DNA of 64,000 nt from an uncultured Blastocatellaceae bacterium (lineage in GTDB: Bacteria; Acidobacteriota; Blastocatellia; Pyrinomonadales; Pyrinomonadaceae): the NCBI GenBank assembly GCA_964486055.1, contig CAZALE010000002.1:289048-353047 (forward strand), written 5' to 3'. Position numbers and translations under genes: made by a program. The notes beneath the pieces are model-generated. The model worked only from the letters and a program-made list of their open reading frames with translations, had not been told where the DNA came from and did not search any database. This document shows, piece by piece, positions 36,612 to 46,405 of the stretch (positions are counted from its first letter, which is position 1; each line of letters begins with the position of its first letter).

Positions 36612-39600
36612 TCAAGCCCGCTCCAGTAATTCATGAAAAAGCTTCACAGTCTTCGACGATGGTTGTACATTCAATTCTTTTTTAAGCAGGTTTTGAAGCT
36701 CATTGAAACATCTGACAACCTCTGCCCTCTTACCTTGTGCTGCATAAGTTTGCATTAACAATCTGTAAGCGTCCTCGCGAAAAGGATCTTTTTGCAAAAG
36801 CTTTTCGATGTAGTTTATGACGGACGCAAAATCTTTTTGGGAAAAACTTATCTTTGCTAGAGAACCCACAACCCTCAGGTATTGACTATCAAAATATCGT
36901 CTTTTCTCCTCAACCCAGTCATCGTATACTCCAGGCATAAATTCGCCTGCATAAAGCTCCGCAGCCCTCATGAGATTAAGTTTCATTTTCTCTATGTCTT
37001 CTGAGATTCTTGCCTTATGAGCCTCTGCTAGCGCAAGCTCAAACTCCTCAGTATCAATAAAACAAGATAGTTCTGGGTTTATCTGATAAGCTCCGTCGCT
37101 AAACCTGAGCACGTTTATTTTTACTGGCTGATGCCAATTTAAAGCTTTTCTGATATGAGAGATCGTTGGATGAAAATTCTTCTCAACTATAGACGGATCC
37201 TCATCCATCCAAAACGTTTCGATTATATTATCCTTAAGTACTCTTCTGTTTTTACTCGTTGCAATGAAAATAAAGATGTCTCTAGCCCTGCGCGTGATCC
37301 ATGCGCTTTGAGGGATAAGAGTGCTTGCGCGCCGAATCTCGATTTTTCCAAAAGTATGTAAAACTAAATCAAATACCTTCGCTTCTACATTTAAAGTCTT
37401 AATTGCGCTCTTGGTTATAACAGGCAAGGTGTCAGAGACAATTTGTAAATCAGGCAGCATTGCCTTTATGTCTGGGTCATTGAAGAAGTCTGGATTTATT
37501 TTTATCTCTGATGCAAGCCAATAATCGTAATCAAAACGCGCCGTCAAGTCCAGAGCTCTCTCCAGTGCCTCAAAGGCCGCTTGCCTCCTCCCTGTTGCAA
37601 GGTAGATCCTCGCAAGCAAGAGCGCAGCTTGTGCTTCGTCGTAATTCAATTCTTTTTCCCTGAAATAGTCTTTTAACTCACGTACCTCACCCTCTAAGCC
37701 TTTAAGCTCATGCATCGCCGCCCTTATGTAGGCCAGCAAAAATTGTGCTGTTTTTATGCTTACCTGACTACCACGCTTATTACGGAATTCTAGCAGTCTC
37801 TCTGCCAGCCCTTTAGCCTTCGAATCCCAACCTAACGAAAGATAAAGTTTTGCTCGCTCTTCCAAAAGGCTTTGTGTAGATAAATCAATCCCGAGTTCTA
37901 TATATATTTTCTCGGCCTGCGCATAAAAGTCTGTAGCTTTCTGATACTCTCCTTTTTCTCTATGTAGATTCCCAAATGCCTCGAGAACCTCAGCCATTAA
38001 GTCCTTAAGATTAAAAGCCTGACAAATTTCTATAGCTTGTTTGAGATGCTTCTCTGCGTCGTTTAGCTCTCCTCTGAATATATGTAGCCTCGCGACATTT
38101 AAATGACCTATAGCTTCCTGAGGTACGCTTTTAGAGCCGGTAAATATTTTGCCAAACCAACGCAACGCCTCAGTGAAATCTCCTCTGAATGCAGCAGGCA
38201 ATGCCATGTTATGTAAAGCTATTTTTATATATTTTTCATCCAGTAGCTCTTCTGCAAATTTCAGCGTCAGTTTGAAACATTCCTCAGCTTCGTCCCATTT
38301 TCCCTGTTTTATATAACATAACCCTCTTGTATTAGCCATTTTTAAGCGCACACTGGTGAAAACATCTGGTTCTCGCTCAGAATCAATCAAACACTCCAAC
38401 TCATTTAAAATCCCTAGTGCCGTCTCTATTCTTCCTTGCTTTCTAATAACACTGGCCATAAGATGCAGTGCTTCGGCTTTGCCTCTTACATCGCCTTTTT
38501 CATCGAAAATCCTAGATGCTTTTTGGAGTACGTTGAGTGCTTCATCCGTCTTTCCATGCAAGCGATTAATTTCTGCTCTATGTAAAAGTATCTGCGGATG
38601 ATCATTAAGCTTATCCTCAGGAATCTGAGAGATAAACTTCTCAAGCACACTGATTTTTCCTTTCTCCAGCCAGAAGCTTCCCTGTTTATCTAGTATTTGT
38701 GCAGCTTTATAGAAATTCTCTGCTTGAAGGAAATAGTCTACCGCCTGTTCAAAATCTCCCTGTGATTCGAAGAATTCTCCTATTTTATTCAGCTTTTGTC
38801 TGAAGGCATCAACACCTATATCCCTTCTTAGTTTATACTGCAGAAAGTCTCTGAATAGCGGATGAATTCTATACTCCTCTTTGTCATCATCAAGCAAGCT
38901 TATGAAGATATTTCTACCTCTTAAATCACTCAATAAATCCAAGCAACAGGTTTCAGGAAATATCTGTTGACAAAATCTCAGATAATCACCTTTCAGTAGG
39001 GAAAGATGCAGCAACAATTGCTGCATCTGCAGAGATTCTTTTGAGAACACCTCTTCAGCAAAGTATCTAAAGAGATCTCTTTTAGATTTTTGCAGCAGAC
39101 CCTCTAAATCAAATTTTAAGGTTCTCTCTTGTCGAGCTATTTGCAGAATGAGCTGGAGTGCGGTAACCCATCCTTCGGTTATCTGATGGCATTTGTGCGC
39201 ATCCTCATTGGATAAGTCGATTTGTAGATCACGTTTGAAAAGCGTTTGAATCTCTCGTTCATCAAACGCCAAATCCTCCATCGTCACTAAAAGCATAGAA
39301 GAGCTTAGATCACTGCGTATCGATTGCAGAGGCGGTAAATCTCTTGTAGTTATTAAAAACGACAGGAGCTCAGGGGCGTAACGTAAAATCCTGGAGAGAA
39401 TCTTGTGTAAAGAACTATTTTTTTCTAAATGATGGTAGTCATCCAGCACGACTAGCAGCGGTTTATCGATTAATTCAAAAGCCTCATTGAGAAACAAATC
39501 TGCAACTCTTTCGGGAAATTGAATGAGTTCTTCTGATTGTCTATGAATGTAATCAAACAGTCTGTGACCGAATCTCGGAATAGATTGATTAATACCATAA

Positions 39601-39875
39601 GTTAAATAGGTGAAGAATGTCGAAATGTCAGAATCTGTGTAATCTAACTGGTACCAAACAAAGTTACTGCCAGAATTCAAAACGAAATCTGCAGCAAGAG
39701 TTGTTTTACCATAACCTGCTTCGGCTACGATTACAGCAAGGTTAGACTTGTTATCCGATAGTTTTCTGAGCAGACGCTCCCGCCTTATGGATTGCTGAAT
39801 GCTACGTGGAGGTACAAGCTTTGCTCGAAGAAGGAAATTTAGCTCAGGAAAATTCTTTTCCGCACGTTTTTTCAT
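36612..39875 (-). CDS. STAND (MalT/AfsR-like) ATPase - TPR - OmpR-type wHTH - BTAD transcriptional regulator
   Basis: Walker A AEAGYGKTT, Walker B LLVVLDDYH, and a long TPR-like helical repeat region. C-terminal wHTH (FGKIEIRR...NFHPTISHIRKAL) followed by BTAD (DPFREDAYRLLMQTYAAQGKRAEVVRCFNELQNLLKKELNVQPS). Confidence 0.8.
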   Translation of the reverse strand: MKKRAEKNFPELNFLLRAKLVPPRSIQQSIRRERLLRKLSDNKSNLAVIVAEAGYGKTTLAADFVLNSGSNFVWYQLDYTDSDISTFFTYLTYGINQSIPRFGHRLFDYIHRQSEELIQFPERVADLFLNEAFELIDKPLLVVLDDYHHLEKNSSLHKILSRILRYAPELLSFLITTRDLPPLQSIRSDLSSSMLLVTMEDLAFDEREIQTLFKRDLQIDLSNEDAHKCHQITEGWVTALQLILQIARQERTLKFDLEGLLQKSKRDLFRYFAEEVFSKESLQMQQLLLHLSLLKGDYLRFCQQIFPETCCLDLLSDLRGRNIFISLLDDDKEEYRIHPLFRDFLQYKLRRDIGVDAFRQKLNKIGEFFESQGDFEQAVDYFLQAENFYKAAQILDKQGSFWLEKGKISVLEKFISQIPEDKLNDHPQILLHRAEINRLHGKTDEALNVLQKASRIFDEKGDVRGKAEALHLMASVIRKQGRIETALGILNELECLIDSEREPDVFTSVRLKMANTRGLCYIKQGKWDEAEECFKLTLKFAEELLDEKYIKIALHNMALPAAFRGDFTEALRWFGKIFTGSKSVPQEAIGHLNVARLHIFRGELNDAEKHLKQAIEICQAFNLKDLMAEVLEAFGNLHREKGEYQKATDFYAQAEKIYIELGIDLSTQSLLEERAKLYLSLGWDSKAKGLAERLLEFRNKRGSQVSIKTAQFLLAYIRAAMHELKGLEGEVRELKDYFREKELNYDEAQAALLLARIYLATGRRQAAFEALERALDLTARFDYDYWLASEIKINPDFFNDPDIKAMLPDLQIVSDTLPVITKSAIKTLNVEAKVFDLVLHTFGKIEIRRASTLIPQSAWITRRARDIFIFIATSKNRRVLKDNIIETFWMDEDPSIVEKNFHPTISHIRKALNWHQPVKINVLRFSDGAYQINPELSCFIDTEEFELALAEAHKARISEDIEKMKLNLMRAAELYAGEFMPGVYDDWVEEKRRYFDSQYLRVVGSLAKISFSQKDFASVINYIEKLLQKDPFREDAYRLLMQTYAAQGKRAEVVRCFNELQNLLKKELNVQPSSKTVKLFHELLERA

Positions 39876-39939
39876 CGCTTATTACATTATCACATAGATT
39901 GTTCGTGAGGAGGATACGAAAAGATTCTGAGTGGAAAAA

Positions 39940-40641
39940 TTATTCTTCAACCTCGAGTACAAAGGGATTAAAATTTGTATCACGATCAAAATAATCCTCT
40001 TGTTCGGCTCTTTTCAAAGCATTTACAATCTTATATGTCAAAGGAGTCGCAATTATTTCCCAACTGACTTTGATTAAATAGTTACCTATCATCACATCTA
40101 TCAATTGTTCGTTAGACCAAAACCCATAAAATGCAATAGGGTAAAAGATGAGCGTATCAGTCAGCTCTCCGGCAATTGTAGAGCCGATGGTGCGAGTCCA
40201 CAAATACTTTCCGTTAGTTAACACTTTCATTTTCGCTAATACGAATGAATTTACAAATTCCCCTGACCAGAATGCTGTTAACGAAGCGAAAACAATCCGG
40301 GGAGTTTGTCCGAAAATCATTTCGAGCGCCTTCTGGCTTTCAGCGGGATAAACACTAGCTGGGGGCAAACTTACCACCACAAAAGACATAAACGAAGCAA
40401 AAGCCATGGCTCCGAAACCAGCCCAAATAACCTTTCTAGAACGTGAATATCCATAAACCTCAGTTAGAATATCTCCAAAGAGATAGCTAATTGGAAAAAA
40501 CAAGACTCCTGCTCCATATACATACTCGCCATAGAAAGGAAGGCGAATATATGTAACCTTGTGTACTCCAATTAAATTGGAGCAAAGCAGAACAGTTACG
40601 AAAGCTGCCATTAATAAATCATAGTACTTATAGCGTTTCAT
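39940..40641 (-). CDS. yhhQ: queuosine-precursor (preQ0/preQ1) transporter, YhhQ/VUT family
   Basis: Six-TM protein with the FPISYLFGDILTEVYGY signature. ATGA overlap with the purD stop. Confidence 0.75.
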   Translation of the reverse strand: MKRYKYYDLLMAAFVTVLLCSNLIGVHKVTYIRLPFYGEYVYGAGVLFFPISYLFGDILTEVYGYSRSRKVIWAGFGAMAFASFMSFVVVSLPPASVYPAESQKALEMIFGQTPRIVFASLTAFWSGEFVNSFVLAKMKVLTNGKYLWTRTIGSTIAGELTDTLIFYPIAFYGFWSNEQLIDVMIGNYLIKVSWEIIATPLTYKIVNALKRAEQEDYFDRDTNFNPFVLEVEE

Positions 40642-41906
40642 GATATACCTATATCCCGCCTAAACTGCATTCCGTTAAAGTATACCTTGTTGACTGCTTG
40701 ATAAGCCCTTGCCAATGCATTCTGTAAATTATCAGCAATAGCTGTAATGCCTAAAACTCGACCTCCTGAAGTAACTAAGTCCCCTTCAGAATCTTTAGAA
40801 GTGCCGGCATGAAAAACCATTACATCAGACAAATTTGAAAGCTCGTGTAATCCCGATATTTTATATCCGGTCTTTGCCTTTTGCGGATAGCCCTCAGACG
40901 CCAAGATTACACAAGCTGCGCTAGCTTGTTTCCATCTGATCTCCGCCCTGTCTAACTCACCAGTTAAAATTGCCTCCGATATCTCTAATAAATCCGTCTC
41001 CAATAACGGCAAAATGACCTGCGTTTCAGGATCACCAAACCTTACGTTATATTCCAAAACCTTTGCGCCATCTTTCGTTAACATGAGGCCTAAGAACAAT
41101 ATCCCCTTGAGTTGAAAGCCGTCTTGTTGACATCCTAATAAAGTAGGCTTAATGATGCGCTCGATTATTTCATTTCTTTGAACATCGGAGAGTAAATTCC
41201 AGTCAGCTATTGTGCCCATGCCTCCTGTGTTAGGACCTCTGTCCCCATCTAATAATCTCTTATGATCTCTAACTGGGGGCATTAAAGCGAAATTTTGTCC
41301 ATCACTAAAGATTATCTGTGAAACTTCTTTCCCAAATAATCTCTCCTCGAGCACAATTCTTTTCGTAGCATCCTTGCCAGCAATCATCTCCAGATTTTCT
41401 AGTGCTTCAACTGCCTCATCCTTATTTTCAGCAACAATTACACCCTTACCGCCAGCTAACCCATCTGCTTTTATTACGACGCCGTCTTCCTGAAAAAATC
41501 TACTATCTAAAATCTTTCTCGCCTCCGAAATTGAGTCCGCAATTTTATATCTCGCAGTAGGAATCCCATGGCGAGTCATAAATTCCTTGGCGAAAGCCTT
41601 CGATGATTCAAGCCTCGAAGCCAACCTATCTACTCCTATTATCTTCAGATTTCTACTCTGAAACTCATCACTTATGCCGAGACAGAGAGGAAGTTCTCCA
41701 CCGACGAAAGTCAAATCAATTCCTTCAATCGTAGCAAATTCAGCGAGCTTTCCTATCTCATGTGGCTTTATATTTACGCACTTTGCTATATCTGCAATAC
41801 CTGCATTACCATCTGCGCAAAAAATTCTTCTTCCATTCCATCTATCGAAAGCCCAACAGATAGCATGTTCTCTACCTCCAGAACCTACGACCAGTATTTT
41901 CATCAC
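40638..41906 (-). CDS. purD: phosphoribosylamine-glycine ligase
   Basis: KILVVGSGGREHAI start and ATP-grasp blocks (VIKADGLAGGKGV, EYNVRFGDPE). Confidence 0.95.
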   Translation of the reverse strand: MMKILVVGSGGREHAICWAFDRWNGRRIFCADGNAGIADIAKCVNIKPHEIGKLAEFATIEGIDLTFVGGELPLCLGISDEFQSRNLKIIGVDRLASRLESSKAFAKEFMTRHGIPTARYKIADSISEARKILDSRFFQEDGVVIKADGLAGGKGVIVAENKDEAVEALENLEMIAGKDATKRIVLEERLFGKEVSQIIFSDGQNFALMPPVRDHKRLLDGDRGPNTGGMGTIADWNLLSDVQRNEIIERIIKPTLLGCQQDGFQLKGILFLGLMLTKDGAKVLEYNVRFGDPETQVILPLLETDLLEISEAILTGELDRAEIRWKQASAACVILASEGYPQKAKTGYKISGLHELSNLSDVMVFHAGTSKDSEGDLVTSGGRVLGITAIADNLQNALARAYQAVNKVYFNGMQFRRDIGIS

Positions 41907-42053
41907 TTGCCTTCCCAGATTTTATAGCATCAATTCTACAATGCGGCTAAAAAATACCAAAAATCACGTCTGAAGCTTGATTTCCAGTGATAAGAAAAGG
42001 TTAAAATGTGAATTAGGTCATCTTAAATTTTTGTTAATCATCAAGGAGGGATA

Positions 42054-42434
42054 ATGATGAGTCCAGCTACTCAAACCTCGAGCGAATCGGAATTTAATGA
42101 CGTAGAGATTGTCTGTGTAGATTGTGGAAAGAAATTTGTATGGACTAGCGGTGAACAGTTATTTTTTCGTGACAAAGGATTAAAAAATCCGCCGAAAAGA
42201 TGTAAGCCCTGCAAAAAAGCCAAAACGGAAAGGCTGGAGGCCATACTGGCAGCACAAGCTTTGGGCATTAAACAAAAAGTAGAAGTCGCTGTCAACTGTT
42301 CAAAGTGTGGCACTTATACAACCGTCCCATTTTATCCGTCGCAAGGTAGACCTGTCTACTGCCGGTCTTGTTATATCGCCATGAACCCAGATATTTTAAA
42401 GCCAGAATTGAGAGGTTCTCAACCACCAACGTGA
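42054..42434 (+). CDS. zinc-ribbon protein (two CxxC...CxxC modules)
   Basis: [25 protein letters not shown], then CSKCG-x17-CRSC (CxxC-x17-CxxC type). AAGGAGGG SD at 42042-42049. Confidence 0.6.
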   Translation: MMSPATQTSSESEFNDVEIVCVDCGKKFVWTSGEQLFFRDKGLKNPPKRCKPCKKAKTERLEAILAAQALGIKQKVEVAVNCSKCGTYTTVPFYPSQGRPVYCRSCYIAMNPDILKPELRGSQPPT

Positions 42435-44428
42435 ACGTTAGGACGCCTATCCGGATCTGGTTCAGCTTGACGTAAGATTTCCCTTGTAACTGGAGCTGTA
42501 TCCCCTTCACCAAAAAGCACAAAGCGTAATAAATAAACTATCGGATTTCCTTCGCTCCATCCAAAATATACATGCGGTATCTTGCCAGTTCTATCTCTCA
42601 AGTAAAGCAAAAGAGCTGCTATAGCATTTGGAACAGATGGGGCGATGGTTCGCAAAATCCTGTACCCGTCAACCTCAACCCCTCTTACCTTAATCTTACC
42701 GGTAAACTCAGATGCATCACCTACATCAACTTCATAGAACAGTATAGGATCGGTTGAAGGTATATGATTATCTACCCGCTTCTCATGCTCCTTATATCTA
42801 TATTCCGCTACATCTCCCGCCTCCCTGCGATTTGCAACTATACGTATTTCATTTTCAGCTAAATCTTGAATGAATTCCCATGCTTTTTCATCTAACTCTA
42901 CTTCTTCAATCCTCACTTCCAATGACCTTAATGCCCTTGATATGAAAGACGATAAGATTATCGAAAAGATGAATAAAGAAGCAATCTTTATCCCGTCCGG
43001 TCTTTCGATTATGTTAGCTATGGTTGTGTAAGCAAAGATTATCGTAATCACAAGGAATGCCCATCGCCATTGACTATTTTGACGCCACGATGAGATGGTT
43101 ACAGCAACTGCAGCTGATGAAATCAAAACTAAAACCCCTGTTGCATACGCACCACCTTGAGCATCGACGCTGGCCTCGAACCATATGGTGACAGCAAAAC
43201 AAATCAGCGTAAATACGATAGTTAATGGCCTGGTGGCTCTTGCCCACTCAGGTGCCATACCATATTTTGGTAAGTAACGCGGGACTATATTTAAAAGTCC
43301 TGCCATTGCTGAAGCTCCAGCAAACCATAGAATGAATATTGTGCTTATGTCATAAGCTGTACCAAATAGATCGCCCAAGTATTTATGGGCAATATAGGCT
43401 AGAGCGCGTCCGTTGGCTTGTCCAGCTTCTTTTATTTCACCTCTTTCAATTTCCTCGGGTGAGCATGCGCAGTAAGGCGGATGATTTTCCTGCACTACAC
43501 GTTTGCAATCTATCCGAGGGCAGAATTCTTTGGGCTCTATTAAAACTGCTGTTGAGAGGCTACTACAGATCAACATAAAACTCATTATCAAAGCAGCGGT
43601 TGCGAGCAGCTTCTGAGTGTTTCTGATCCTATCTGGTGATTTAATCAATGGCATTACGGCCACGCCAGTCTCAAATCCAGAGAGCCCTAAGGCAAGTTTC
43701 GGAAAATATATAAGCGCAATTCCTATTATCAAAAGCCAATTACCATCAGAGCCTCTGTAATGATATACGGCCTGCGCCCAATTCCTGAATAATTCGGGAT
43801 GAGTAAACACCTCATACAAAGCTACACTCACTACTATCAAATTCAGTGATAGATAAACAAACACCAAAATAACTGCGATTCCTATGGCTTCCCGAAACCC
43901 TTTGAGAAAAACCAAACCCAGAATCGTTATCAGGGCAATCGTGACCAGAACCGGATGCTCAAGAAACGGGAGGTAGCTTATAACAAATGGATTCTCTAAG
44001 ATGTGAGCAGTTGCGTCGGCTGCCGAAAGCGTAATTGTTATGACAAAATCTGTGGCAACAAAACCAAGCAAAATTAATATGACTAACTTAGCTTTCCAAC
44101 GGGAGAATAAAGTTTGTAGCATCGCAATTGAACCTTCTCCATGCGGAGATTCTTTCGCAACCCTACTGTAAACAGGAAGAGCTCCCAAGAGAGTCAACAA
44201 AACTAAAAATAAAGTTGCAATTGGAGATAAAACACCAGCAGCCAAAAATGCGATGCCAGGTTGATAGCCGAGGGTAGAGAAATAATCGACACCTGTGAGA
44301 CACATCACCTTCCACCAAGTATGTTGTTCGTGAGGGCTTTCTTTCCGGTGAGGTCCTACTTGCTTACGTGCGTCTTTCAAAAACCAATCTTTGATTTGCT
44401 CTCGTAATGATGGCCTAAAAGTCTTCAT
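42419..44428 (-). CDS. APC-superfamily permease-like membrane protein with cytoplasmic C-terminal domain
   Basis: About 12 predicted TM segments followed by a ~170-aa soluble tail. The call rests on general architecture only. Confidence 0.5.
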   Translation of the reverse strand: MKTFRPSLREQIKDWFLKDARKQVGPHRKESPHEQHTWWKVMCLTGVDYFSTLGYQPGIAFLAAGVLSPIATLFLVLLTLLGALPVYSRVAKESPHGEGSIAMLQTLFSRWKAKLVILILLGFVATDFVITITLSAADATAHILENPFVISYLPFLEHPVLVTIALITILGLVFLKGFREAIGIAVILVFVYLSLNLIVVSVALYEVFTHPELFRNWAQAVYHYRGSDGNWLLIIGIALIYFPKLALGLSGFETGVAVMPLIKSPDRIRNTQKLLATAALIMSFMLICSSLSTAVLIEPKEFCPRIDCKRVVQENHPPYCACSPEEIERGEIKEAGQANGRALAYIAHKYLGDLFGTAYDISTIFILWFAGASAMAGLLNIVPRYLPKYGMAPEWARATRPLTIVFTLICFAVTIWFEASVDAQGGAYATGVLVLISSAAVAVTISSWRQNSQWRWAFLVITIIFAYTTIANIIERPDGIKIASLFIFSIILSSFISRALRSLEVRIEEVELDEKAWEFIQDLAENEIRIVANRREAGDVAEYRYKEHEKRVDNHIPSTDPILFYEVDVGDASEFTGKIKVRGVEVDGYRILRTIAPSVPNAIAALLLYLRDRTGKIPHVYFGWSEGNPIVYLLRFVLFGEGDTAPVTREILRQAEPDPDRRPNVHVGG

Positions 44429-44438
44429 AAATTAATTT

Positions 44439-44467
44439 AACCTTACGAGCTAAAATCTCGTAAGGTT
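44439..44467 (-). terminator. 11-bp perfect hairpin between the LysR gene end and the permease start (terminator and/or 5'-UTR structure)
   Basis: AACCTTACGAG-ctaaaat-CTCGTAAGGTT. It ends 11 nt from the permease ATG (44428), and its proximal arm contains the only SD-like AAGG. Confidence 0.4.
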
Positions 44468-44571
44468 GACAACATCTTTGCAATTTCGACTTTGCATTCC
44501 TTGGTAAAAAAGTCACTAAAACTCAATCGTCAATTTTTATAACTTTTTACCAGATAGGTCAAGTTATAAGT

Positions 44572-45465
44572 TCAAGCTTTAGGTTTACACTCAAGCAATT
44601 GGATGAATTTTCTAGCAGCCAACGAAAGATTTCGATCGGTTCTATAAATTATTCCTACCGTGCGGACCCAATCTTTTTCGGCAAGATGTACAACTGCAAG
44701 CTGACCATTTTTTTCCTCGTCGATTACTGAGGGATGTGGAACAATAGCAAGGCCAAAGCCAACCTCAACAGCACGCTTTATGGTTTCTATGTTGTCAAAT
44801 TCCGCTGTTTTTTTAACTTTTACTCCATATGTCTTCAGTATTCTGTCGATCGCTTTTCTAGTCGGAATATCACGCTCGAACATTACAAAAGATCTCCCGC
44901 GTAAGTCCTTCACGCTGACCTCTTTTCTATTCGCAAATTCGTGATCCGGAGGGCAAATCAAAACCAATCTATCTGATGGCATTGGTACAATCGTCAATCC
45001 ACGTCGAGGCTCTGGAAACGCTACTACTCCAATTTCGACCTCACCGCTTAAAACATCTCTAACTATCCTAGTGGTCCTGGAATATTCGATATCAATCTTC
45101 ACAGCAGGAAATTTCGACATGAATTCACGAACCTTAGGCGGTAGTTCATGTAAGCCAACAGAGTAAACAGTTGCTACCTTCACGGTACCACTTATCCGCC
45201 CTGTGAGATTTCTCATGTTCTCCTGTAACTCTTCATAACTCGCTAAAACTTGTTTGGCAGAACGGTAAAAAACCTCTCCAGCTGGAGTCAATTTTATTTC
45301 TCGTTTTCCTCGCACGCGATCCAAAAGCCTTTTGTTAAATTTCTCCTCTAAAGCACATACCCTCTGACTTACAGCAGATTGTGTTATAAAATTTTTCTCG
45401 GCAGCTAAAGAAAAACTGCTCGTCTCGACCAAATCACAAAAAATCTTTAATGTTTCGATGTTCAT
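44572..45465 (-). CDS. LysR-family transcriptional regulator
   Basis: HTH FSLAAEKNFITQSAVSQRVCALEEKF near the N-terminus when started at Met57 (ATG 45465). The longer track ORF (to 45633) would overlap the sdhC start. Confidence 0.9.
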   Translation of the reverse strand: MNIETLKIFCDLVETSSFSLAAEKNFITQSAVSQRVCALEEKFNKRLLDRVRGKREIKLTPAGEVFYRSAKQVLASYEELQENMRNLTGRISGTVKVATVYSVGLHELPPKVREFMSKFPAVKIDIEYSRTTRIVRDVLSGEVEIGVVAFPEPRRGLTIVPMPSDRLVLICPPDHEFANRKEVSVKDLRGRSFVMFERDIPTRKAIDRILKTYGVKVKKTAEFDNIETIKRAVEVGFGLAIVPHPSVIDEEKNGQLAVVHLAEKDWVRTVGIIYRTDRNLSLAARKFIQLLECKPKA

Positions 45466-45626
45466 TTCTGATTTAAATAATAAGTTTTTCTGGACAGAGA
45501 TTGCAAGAGAATTAATCCAATCTAATTTATCGAAAAAGTCAAAATGATAATTGCTGGCTTTGCAACAACTCTTATCTTGACTTAAGCTCAGAATAAGGAA
45601 ATACCACTGAAGGAAGAGACAATAAG

Positions 45627-46385
45627 ATGGCAAATAGCATTAGCAAAACTTTTATCTCAAATAGCATTAGCAAAACCTTTATCTTACGAAAATTACACCA
45701 GCTCACAGGAATAGTCCCTTTAGGCATTTTCTTTTTCTTTCACATGTTCACCAATGCCAAAGCCATGTACGGTGAGAAAGTATTCAATGAAGCGGTAGCG
45801 GATATTCATCACTTGCCATTTCTACTTTTCATAGAAATCTTTGGGATCTTTATACCGCTTCTATTTCACTCGATATATGGTATCTTTATCTCAGCTGAAG
45901 CTAAGGTAAACGTTGGAAATTACACATATCTGAGAAACTGGTTATATGTATTTCAAAGGATAACGGGGATCTTCCTCTTCTTTTTCATTCTGTTTCACAT
46001 ACTGCATTTTCGTTTCGGTATGTTTGGAGATCTTGGATTGACATCGATTAAGGTCTCTGGAAATGCTGATAAAGCTTTTGCCATTGTTTCTGCTGACTTT
46101 CAATCACTTAGCATTCTTGTTCTATACATTTTAGGTGTGGGGGCAACAGCCTGGCATCTTGGATATGGCATATTTTTATTTGCCGTCGATTGGGGAATAC
46201 TCATCGGAGAAAAGGCGCAAAAAGCAGCACTTTATACTTGTGCTCTTATCGCGCTTACACTATTTGCTATAGGAACAAATGCAGCCTTTTCTTTCATTCG
46301 TCCATGTGGTCTGATACCACAGGCTATTTGTGGAGCTGAAAAACAAATAGAAGCAACGAATCCTATCGCTCCGAGAAGATTTTAA
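45627..46385 (+). CDS. sdhC: succinate dehydrogenase / fumarate reductase cytochrome b subunit, b558 (B. subtilis) type
   Basis: RKLHQLTGIVPLGIFFFFHMFTN start, five TM segments with conserved His, and position directly upstream of sdhA and sdhB. Confidence 0.75.
   Translation: MANSISKTFISNSISKTFILRKLHQLTGIVPLGIFFFFHMFTNAKAMYGEKVFNEAVADIHHLPFLLFIEIFGIFIPLLFHSIYGIFISAEAKVNVGNYTYLRNWLYVFQRITGIFLFFFILFHILHFRFGMFGDLGLTSIKVSGNADKAFAIVSADFQSLSILVLYILGVGATAWHLGYGIFLFAVDWGILIGEKAQKAALYTCALIALTLFAIGTNAAFSFIRPCGLIPQAICGAEKQIEATNPIAPRRF
45633..45686 (+). repeat. 27-bp in-frame tandem duplication at the 5' end of sdhC
   Basis: AATAGCATTAGCAAAACTTTTATCTCA (45633-45659) followed by AATAGCATTAGCAAAACCTTTATCTTA (45660-45686), 2 mismatches. 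Encodes NSISKTFIS / NSISKTFIL. Confidence 0.9.
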
Positions 46386-46405
46386 AGTTTAAAGAGGTTA
46401 TTCAT

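Noticed and set aside
36612-39875. STAND NTPase as an Avs/antiviral STAND defence gene
   Set aside because: There is no N-terminal or C-terminal effector (nuclease, TIR, protease etc.). The C-terminus is a wHTH + BTAD DNA-binding module, so a transcriptional regulator is the more economical reading.
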